A stretch of DNA of 64,000 bases from Patescibacteria group bacterium (GTDB lineage Bacteria; Patescibacteriota; Microgenomatia; Levybacterales; GWA1-39-11): contig DASZRG010000036.1 of the NCBI GenBank assembly GCA_035549295.1, forward strand, positions 13,324 to 77,323, in the 5' to 3' direction. The number at the start of each line of letters is the position of its first letter. Positions within the stretch are counted from its first letter, which is position 1. The notes under the pieces were generated by a model. The model saw only the letters and a list, made by a program, of their open reading frames with translations. It did no database searches and had not been told where the DNA came from. This document shows, piece by piece, positions 57,539 to 64,000 of the stretch. The position numbers and the translations under genes are program-made.

Positions 57539-59719
57539 TTAGGAGGCTCTTACTACACCAAATTCTTCAACTTTACCGCCGCAATATTTCACAATAATAT
57601 CGCATGTTTCTTGCAAAACTTGAGCGACCTTTTCGGGTGTTACATCATAAACTCCATCAACATTTATATATAAATTTTTTGTATCAAGTTGCACTGCGGT
57701 TCTCACTGAGTCTCGATAATTAAAGTCCATATTTATTCCTCCTATTTGATCAAAATAAGCTATCTCACCATTTTTGTAATAAACTTCTGACTCATCTCCG
57801 AGTAAATGAATTTTATCTTGATCAGTCGAAAAACGAAGAGCCGTTGGGAATTCAATCTTATCCAAATCAAAAGCACCAACTGAAATTTTGTTTTTTATAA
57901 CTACTAGATTGTAAGCATCAACACATGTGTTAACCTTGTATAAATCTTTTTTTGCAATAATTCTCCTAAGTAACGCCTCAGGACTTGGACGACGAGAGTG
58001 CCAATCAATTCCAGTTTCTTTATAGAGTTTTCTGTAGCTTAATATTTCAGGGGACGCTGAGATATCATCGTTAGTCATATTCCTAAGGCTTGAGACAGCC
58101 TCTTTAATCTCTCCATCTAGCTGATCGTTCCCCTTCTCAATTGAAACACCACGAATTATTGCTACGCCGCATGAAACAGACGCGAATTTTTCAGAAATAG
58201 CTTTATCAATAAAAAAAATGTTTGGATTATTAAATACTTTGACTTTAACTTCCTTTTTATTTTCGACTTTTGTTGCGGGCTTTAGAGTCGGGAAAATAAC
58301 AACTTCTTTTATTGCCCAGGTATTAGTAAGGAACATAGTAAGACGATCTATGCCAACACCAATTCCACCAAAGGGTGGCATTCCAAACTCCATTGCGGCC
58401 AAAAAATCTTCATCGACGTGCTGCGCTTCGTCTTTATTTACACGTGCAGCTGATGAATCTTTTGTCAGCCTCTCGCGCTGGATAACTGGATCTGTTAATT
58501 CGCTCCATCCGTCATAAATTTCTTTTCCACCAATGTAAGCTTCGAACCTCTCGACCCAGCCAGGTTTATTTCTGTGATTTTTAGACAGAGGGCTTACGTC
58601 CTCCGGGTAATCTATAATATATGTAGGCTCATCTAAAGTTTGCGGAATTAAATGCTCAAAAATTAGGTATATAAGTTGTCCTTTTGTCTCTCCGCCAACA
58701 ATTTGTGCATCGTGACAATTTTCTTTTGCGTATTTAAGGAGTGTTTCGGCACTTTCTTTTTCAACATCAAGTCCCAGCTTATCGAGCAGTATTTGAGACA
58801 TCTCGATTCTAGGCCATTTTTTACCAACATCGATATCTCGATCTCCAACTTTTATTACAGTTGTTCCATATATCTTTTTTGCTAAATGTTTGATAAGACC
58901 CTCTGCAACATCCATGACTCTATGATAATCGGCATACGCCTCGTACCACTCAATCATTGTAAATTCGGGAAAGTGGGTGTGATCTATGCCTTCATTCCTA
59001 AAGTCTTTTGCAATTTCGTAAACCTTCTCGTATCCTCCAACAATCAACCTCTTAAGATACAATTCGTCAGCAATTCGCAAGTACATTTCCTGGCCAAATG
59101 CATTAACATGCGTTTTAAAAGGTCTCGCATTTGCCCCGCCGTATAAAGGCTGCAATGTTGGAGTCTCAACTTCCCAAAAACCTACACTATCTAGATATTC
59201 ACGTGTTCCGCTAACAATTTTGGTTCTAATATTGAATCTCTCGCGAACTTCAGGATTTAGGAGCAGATCTAAATATCTTTGACGAAATCTCGTCTCAACG
59301 TCTTTTACGCCAAACCACTCACTTGGAAGGGTCGCGATGGATTTAGTAAGTAGTGTATAAGACGTAGGTGCGATTGAAATTTCACCTGCAATTGTTTTGA
59401 CAATTTCACCCTCAACTCCAATAAAATCGCCAATGTCGAGAAGTTTTACATTTTTAAAATCATCACCAAGTAATTTTTTCTGGAAAAAAACTTGTACGCT
59501 ACCTGTCTCATCTTTAAGATCTGCAAAAGCAATATTACCGTGCTCGCGAAATGAATAAAGTCTTCCAGCAGTTTTTACAACTTTTCCAAGATCCGATTCA
59601 GACGCTTCTTTGATGGTATTTTTTTTATCATATGAGGCAGCATAAGGATTCCATCCTAGTTCTCGAATTTTCTCAAGCTTTTCAAGTTTTATTTTTTTAT
59701 ATTGATTATCGTCTTGCAT
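57539..59719 (-). CDS. lysS: Lysine--tRNA ligase (class II) fused to a C-terminal B3/B4 domain
   Basis: OB fold, RFRQRYLDL, GGANARPF.TH, LRIA.ELYLKRL, FRNEG, GIGVGIDRL; then RPSPEALLRR, VDAYNLV, GAFDLDKI. Confidence 0.95.
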   Translation of the reverse strand: MQDDNQYKKIKLEKLEKIRELGWNPYAASYDKKNTIKEASESDLGKVVKTAGRLYSFREHGNIAFADLKDETGSVQVFFQKKLLGDDFKNVKLLDIGDFIGVEGEIVKTIAGEISIAPTSYTLLTKSIATLPSEWFGVKDVETRFRQRYLDLLLNPEVRERFNIRTKIVSGTREYLDSVGFWEVETPTLQPLYGGANARPFKTHVNAFGQEMYLRIADELYLKRLIVGGYEKVYEIAKDFRNEGIDHTHFPEFTMIEWYEAYADYHRVMDVAEGLIKHLAKKIYGTTVIKVGDRDIDVGKKWPRIEMSQILLDKLGLDVEKESAETLLKYAKENCHDAQIVGGETKGQLIYLIFEHLIPQTLDEPTYIIDYPEDVSPLSKNHRNKPGWVERFEAYIGGKEIYDGWSELTDPVIQRERLTKDSSAARVNKDEAQHVDEDFLAAMEFGMPPFGGIGVGIDRLTMFLTNTWAIKEVVIFPTLKPATKVENKKEVKVKVFNNPNIFFIDKAISEKFASVSCGVAIIRGVSIEKGNDQLDGEIKEAVSSLRNMTNDDISASPEILSYRKLYKETGIDWHSRRPSPEALLRRIIAKKDLYKVNTCVDAYNLVVIKNKISVGAFDLDKIEFPTALRFSTDQDKIHLLGDESEVYYKNGEIAYFDQIGGINMDFNYRDSVRTAVQLDTKNLYINVDGVYDVTPEKVAQVLQETCDIIVKYCGGKVEEFGVVRAS

Positions 59720-59734
59720 TTTTTTATTTTAACC

Positions 59735-60808
59735 TTAAACCGTGCTTAATGAAAGAATTAAATTTGAAATCTTTACCATATCGGATATGCTAAATTCCTC
59801 ACGAGTCGTATGAGGATTTTTTACTCCATTCCCAAGATTTAAAACTTTTATACCTTTTTTAATAAATACATTTGCATCAGAACATCCACCTGACCACCGA
59901 AGGACCGGTTTTATTTTAATTTTTTCCATCTTTAATTCTGTATCTTTAATGAATGGATAACTTTTAGAATATAAGTATCCTTCGTTTTCGCGGAGATTTT
60001 TCCAATTTATTTTAGCGCCATATTTGACCGCTGCATCTCTGAAAGTTTTTTCGATCTTATCAACATGTTTTCGCTGCTTTTCACCAGAAAAGCTTCTGAC
60101 TTCACCAGAAATTATCATTTTCTCAGGAACTGTATTTATTGCATCTCCCGCCTTAACTAGCCCTATATTTACGTAACTTTCACTGTCAACTTTACCAAGC
60201 TTTATATGTTTTAACGCCTCATAAAAAACGGATACTACATTTATTCCATCTTCGGGTATCGAAGCGTGAGAGGCTTTTCCAAGAATCTCCAAGTCGAACC
60301 TATCATAGAATGGTGAAGCTGTAATAATAGTTCCAATAGGAAGCGAGACATCAAATAGATATCCATTTTTTGATTTGAGCTTTTTATAATCAAGACCTTC
60401 GACACCATAACTTCCACTCTCTTCATACGAGGTAAAAACTATTTCAAGTGGCCTACTCTTTTGCCCCGACTCAATGATGCATTCTACTGCTTCGAGAATT
60501 GCGGCAAGCGCCATCTTGTTGTCGCCGGCAATTATCGTAGTTCCATCCGATCTTATTTTTCCATTTTTTATTATTGGCTTAATAGATCGACCCGGCTCGA
60601 CAGTATCCATATGAGCAGATATCAATAGTGGCTCACCACTTCCAGGTAGATATCCTACGACATTATTGAATTTGTCTGTAGTATAAGAAACTTTCATTTT
60701 CTTGAGAAGATTTACTATATGTATCGATATATCTTTTTCAAAACCAGTTGGACTATCAATTTTTGCAATTTCTATAAATGTTCTAACTAATCTATCTTGA
60801 TTAACCAT
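59735..60808 (-). CDS. M20/M25/M40 metallopeptidase (peptidase T-like)
   Basis: SAHMDTVEPG, GDNK, EESG, GKASHA, GGCSDAN, HT..E. Confidence 0.88.
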   Translation of the reverse strand: MVNQDRLVRTFIEIAKIDSPTGFEKDISIHIVNLLKKMKVSYTTDKFNNVVGYLPGSGEPLLISAHMDTVEPGRSIKPIIKNGKIRSDGTTIIAGDNKMALAAILEAVECIIESGQKSRPLEIVFTSYEESGSYGVEGLDYKKLKSKNGYLFDVSLPIGTIITASPFYDRFDLEILGKASHASIPEDGINVVSVFYEALKHIKLGKVDSESYVNIGLVKAGDAINTVPEKMIISGEVRSFSGEKQRKHVDKIEKTFRDAAVKYGAKINWKNLRENEGYLYSKSYPFIKDTELKMEKIKIKPVLRWSGGCSDANVFIKKGIKVLNLGNGVKNPHTTREEFSISDMVKISNLILSLSTV

Positions 60809-61547
60809 AATATCCTACTCCTTTTAGTCTGTTTACTAAAGCTGCCTGAGGGCTGTCTAAACCTTCTGAGAATTTTAACATAAGATCATCATCTATTTGA
60901 CTCGCAAGATTTTTGCTTGATACAAACATTGTACATGGGATTTTTGTTTTATCATAAGACGATTCTGCAATTTCATCTAGACTTATTAGCTGAGACCCCG
61001 CAACTCTTTGAGGACAATCCTTAGTCAGCTGGAAACCACATCCAAAGTCAGGAGTACAAACACAAGTAAATGGCGCTATCATTGGGAATTCGGTATGTTC
61101 TCCAATATGAAAATCCAGGCCTAGTTCTTCTGTTTTACGAAGCGCTTTTAATACTGCAATTGTCTTTGTTGTTCCCAAAACTAAAAGCCTACCCTGACTC
61201 ATTTCATCTTTAAAACTTTCAAGTAAACCATTTTGTAACTTATTATAGAGTCCTTTTCCTCTATGCTCCGCCGCAACTATTGCTGTACCCAATTCCCAAA
61301 TACTGGGAAAATCCGGAATTCCAATAGCTTGCTTTAACTCTTCATCAAGAAGTGGCGTAAACCTTACAAGTCCCACTGTTTCGTCTCCAAGATTAAGAGC
61401 CACAGCAAGACCCTGGTCAAAACTTCTCTCAAGAGATGCTAGGTCTGGATGAAGCAAATTAGATTCTGCGCTAATAATAGTCTGTATATGTGCAAAATTC
61501 GGCTGCATGTCTGTTTCACTTTTTTTTAACAATCTATAGTTTTCCAT
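60801..61547 (-). CDS. GNAT family acetyltransferase-like protein
   Basis: WELGTAIVAAEHRGKGLY (motif A); Cys-rich C-terminal part. Confidence 0.7.
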   Translation of the reverse strand: MENYRLLKKSETDMQPNFAHIQTIISAESNLLHPDLASLERSFDQGLAVALNLGDETVGLVRFTPLLDEELKQAIGIPDFPSIWELGTAIVAAEHRGKGLYNKLQNGLLESFKDEMSQGRLLVLGTTKTIAVLKALRKTEELGLDFHIGEHTEFPMIAPFTCVCTPDFGCGFQLTKDCPQRVAGSQLISLDEIAESSYDKTKIPCTMFVSSKNLASQIDDDLMLKFSEGLDSPQAALVNRLKGVGYYG

Positions 61548-61558
61548 ATTTTTACCAC

Positions 61559-61582
61559 AAAAAAACCCCGCTAAGCGGGGTT
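61559..61582 (-). terminator. Intrinsic terminator of a putative attenuator
   Basis: AACCCCGC-tta-GCGGGGTT followed by a U tract, 11 nt before the GNAT start. Confidence 0.75.
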
Positions 61583-61612
61583 ATATTTTTTCCAACAAAA
61601 AAATAACCCCTT

Positions 61613-61660
61613 CTACGGAGTCTGCTTCTTTGCTGATTTAGAAATTATTATTACATTCAT
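61613..61660 (-). CDS. Putative leader peptide MNVIIISKSAKKQTP
   Basis: 16-codon ORF ending just before alternative hairpins; AGGA 7 nt upstream. Confidence 0.5.
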   Translation of the reverse strand: MNVIIISKSAKKQTP

Positions 61661-61662
61661 AT

Positions 61663-61711
61663 TGAGATCCTGAAACAAGGTTCCCCCGATTCAATCGGGG
61701 TTCAGGATGGC
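61663..61711. repeat. Single palindromic arm downstream of greA
   Basis: Reverse complement of 56939-56987 with one mismatch. Confidence 0.9.
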
Positions 61712-61717
61712 GACTTA

Positions 61718-62191
61718 TTATTTTATCCCAACAACAGTATATATTACTTTTCCTGCTGGGGCTTCTACTTCGACTTTTTCACCAATTGAGCGCCCTATCA
61801 AAGCTTTTCCAAGCGGTGACTCATGTGAGATTTTTTTGTTCTTTGGGTCTGCCTCCCACTCACCAACGAGACTAAATTCTTCTTTTTTACCATTTATAGA
61901 AAGAGTTATTGCTGAGCCAAGCTCAACAGTCGCACCTTTTCCTGACTTGTGGTTGTCATCAATCAGATTTGCTGTTTTTATAATTTCAGCAAGTTCCTCA
62001 ATTCTTCCATCGATTAGATTTAACTCTTCGCGTGCAGCGGTATACTCAGAATTTTCTGAGAGATCACCCATCTGTCGTGCAGCAGAAACCCTCTCAATAA
62101 CCTGAGCCCTTTTTACATTTGTCAACTCGTCGAGTTCTTTTTTTAACTCTTCAAGACCTTCTTTTGTAACAAACACTTTTTTGCGATCCAT
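61718..62191 (-). CDS. greA: Transcription elongation factor GreA
   Basis: GDLSENSEY.AAR, EADP...ISHESPLGKALIG. Confidence 0.96.
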   Translation of the reverse strand: MDRKKVFVTKEGLEELKKELDELTNVKRAQVIERVSAARQMGDLSENSEYTAAREELNLIDGRIEELAEIIKTANLIDDNHKSGKGATVELGSAITLSINGKKEEFSLVGEWEADPKNKKISHESPLGKALIGRSIGEKVEVEAPAGKVIYTVVGIK

Positions 62192-62198
62192 TTCTTTT

Positions 62199-62275
62199 AA
62201 AAAATCCCCACGCGCATTTTTTTGGGTGGGGAATAATTACCGTTTATATATACAGGATCAATAAATTTATGTCAA
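62199..62275 (-). promoter_or_regulatory. greA promoter followed by a leader terminator-like hairpin
   Basis: TTGACA-N17-TATATA (62275-62247), then TCCCCAC...GTGGGGA plus U6 ending 7 nt before the ATG. Confidence 0.55.
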
Positions 62276-63219
62276 TATCCTGGAGTAACGATCGTGCCTA
62301 GCCAAAATTCATTTTGAGGCTGGGGAAAAGATTTTTCCTCAAACCGCTTTTTGTAGGTTTTATACCGTTTTTTGTATAAATCAGTGACAAATTTTGTTTT
62401 ATCTTTGGGGTGAAATTTAGCAGAATTTTGGGATATTTTTTCAATAGTTATGTGTCTTCTCATATATAGATATTGAATAACGAAAAATATTCTATCGATA
62501 AAACCTAAACAATTCGAAATCACTAAATTCTCTCTTTTATCTTTAGTCTTAAATCTTATATCAAACGCATTCGGCAACAGATCTTTAACCCAACGATTTT
62601 CATTTAAAAATTTTTCGTAGGTCAAATTACGATTTAAAACTGGAGCAAGCTGTGCTATTTCATGCGCTGTAAAAATATTTCTTTCTATCGCAAGATTTGA
62701 TTCACTTAAAAACATGTTTGGACAAATTTTATCTATACCAATTGTTTCAGACTTATTTCTTTTGATTCCTTTTAAAAATAAAATTAGACAAACCAACGCT
62801 CGACTCATCCACAAAGTGTTTTCGGCAGTTATAAAAAACAAATCTATATCATCATGTTTGCCCGCATTATTCATCGATAAACTTCCACTCACACCAATAA
62901 ACTTAAGCGTTGGTATAAATTTTAAAAGCCTTACAGCCTCGCGTGCTTTATCCCATTTTTTAATAGATTCTTTTTTTCTATTTTTATATATATGAAGATT
63001 TTTCTCTCGGCCATTTAAAAAAAATAAATTCGACTTTTCGACAATCATTCCATCCCGAACAAGCTTCATTAGTTGATCAGAAATTTTTTTATAAGAATAT
63101 TTAGCACCAATTTGATACTTAACTATTTGGTTGAGTGTTAAGGGATAGTCGAAAATATCAGAATAAGTAAGCGCTCTTAATATCGGATCAGTTATTTTAT
63201 TGTTGTTTTGTTGCCCCAT
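62272..63219 (-). CDS. Nucleotidyltransferase-fold conserved protein
   Basis: Y.DIFDYPLT, GVSGSLSM...DDIDLFFIT, CPN.F, FTAHEIAQL.P; likely start 63219. Confidence 0.7.
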   Translation of the reverse strand: MGQQNNNKITDPILRALTYSDIFDYPLTLNQIVKYQIGAKYSYKKISDQLMKLVRDGMIVEKSNLFFLNGREKNLHIYKNRKKESIKKWDKAREAVRLLKFIPTLKFIGVSGSLSMNNAGKHDDIDLFFITAENTLWMSRALVCLILFLKGIKRNKSETIGIDKICPNMFLSESNLAIERNIFTAHEIAQLAPVLNRNLTYEKFLNENRWVKDLLPNAFDIRFKTKDKRENLVISNCLGFIDRIFFVIQYLYMRRHITIEKISQNSAKFHPKDKTKFVTDLYKKRYKTYKKRFEEKSFPQPQNEFWLGTIVTPGY

Positions 63220-64000
63220 TTGGATTAAGTTTTTGCGCAACACCTGAAACAAGTGTTTCAATTGCTGATTGTGGTGATTTACTACCACTTATAACACCCC
63301 GAACAGCATCTCCCATGTAACCGACTAAGGCATCCACATTTGCGTCGTCGTGTGTATCCGATGAAAAGATTGTGGATTTTGCATCAGGACCCTGTTGAAC
63401 AAATGGGTATATGAGTGGATTGTCTTTCAAAAGAGGTGCTAAATCCGATCTCGGGTAAAGATCACCAAATCCTCGGGCTTTTGCCTCTTGCGCATATAAT
63501 TTCTCCATATTTTCCTTCGAAGCTAAAAACTGTAAAAACTCAAATGCTTCTTTGGGATGAGGCGTTTTCGCTGAAACCCCTTCAACCCAATAGCTTGCTA
63601 TAGAACTTCTTCTTTCCTGTTCATGCGGAACAGACATAACAATAAATGAAAGATTGGGGTTGATCGCTTTCAGTTGAAATATATCCCATGAATACCCTAT
63701 GTACATTGCTAGATTTCCTTTTCCAAACGCTAGAGTTGAATTATCAAGCGAATCATCCCATACTTTTGAATCCCCTTTTGCAAATGATGTATAGAAATCA
63801 AGTGCGTCTGATGCCTGTTTTTCTGAGTTGGCAAGATCATTGATATCTGCTCCATTCTGGATAAATAACATGGACAAAATATCTGAAGCGTGCGTGATGT
63901 TATCAAAGGTTCCAAGCGCTGCACCTGATTGAGTAATTTTTCCTGTTGAATCTTTAACAGTTAATTTAAGTGCTGTTGGGTAAAAATCCTCCCATGTCGA
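63197..64000 (-). CDS. ABC-type extracellular solute-binding protein, C-terminal part (5' end outside window)
   Basis: AFGKGNLAMYIGYSW, YWVEGVS, EAFEFLQFL; frame open to the window end. Confidence 0.85.
   Translation of the reverse strand, partial: STWEDFYPTALKLTVKDSTGKITQSGAALGTFDNITHASDILSMLFIQNGADINDLANSEKQASDALDFYTSFAKGDSKVWDDSLDNSTLAFGKGNLAMYIGYSWDIFQLKAINPNLSFIVMSVPHEQERRSSIASYWVEGVSAKTPHPKEAFEFLQFLASKENMEKLYAQEAKARGFGDLYPRSDLAPLLKDNPLIYPFVQQGPDAKSTIFSSDTHDDANVDALVGYMGDAVRGVISGSKSPQSAIETLVSGVAQKLNPNGATKQQ

Noticed and set aside
1-64000. tRNA, rRNA, IS transposase, prophage, reverse transcriptase/DGR
   Set aside because: No recognisable motifs seen by eye; tRNAscan/Infernal would be needed to exclude them fully

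Overview
This 64-kb, AT-rich window looks like core chromosome of a Candidate Phyla Radiation (Patescibacteria) bacterium, probably Microgenomates. That assignment is inferred from gene content: secD/secF next to DUF3048/DUF4446, a short TsaB, a split transketolase and many GT39 glycosyltransferases. Coding content includes secDF, a nucleotide-sugar/surface-glycan cluster, tsaE/C/B, ftsEX with a wall hydrolase, prfB, ppsA, secA, serS, a lysS-B3/4 fusion, greA and accessory genes. No rRNA, tRNA or CRISPR array was seen. The strongest non-gene signal is a dispersed family of GTCAT...ATGAC-bounded palindromic elements (at least 10 loci). One copy brackets a frameshifted GIY-YIG nuclease gene as perfect inverted arms, two lie in frame inside proteins (an rRNA methyltransferase-like gene and secA), and one sits beside a displaced duplicate of the def 3' end. 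Together these suggest a GIY-YIG-associated repeat mobile system. Other signals: a leader-peptide attenuator upstream of the lysS-containing operon, widespread -10 boxes 6-9 nt before start codons (leaderless mRNAs), an unannotated poly-Lys micro-ORF with a perfect SD, and several 7/9-bp periodic intergenic repeat families. All product calls come from motif recognition by eye, not database searches.
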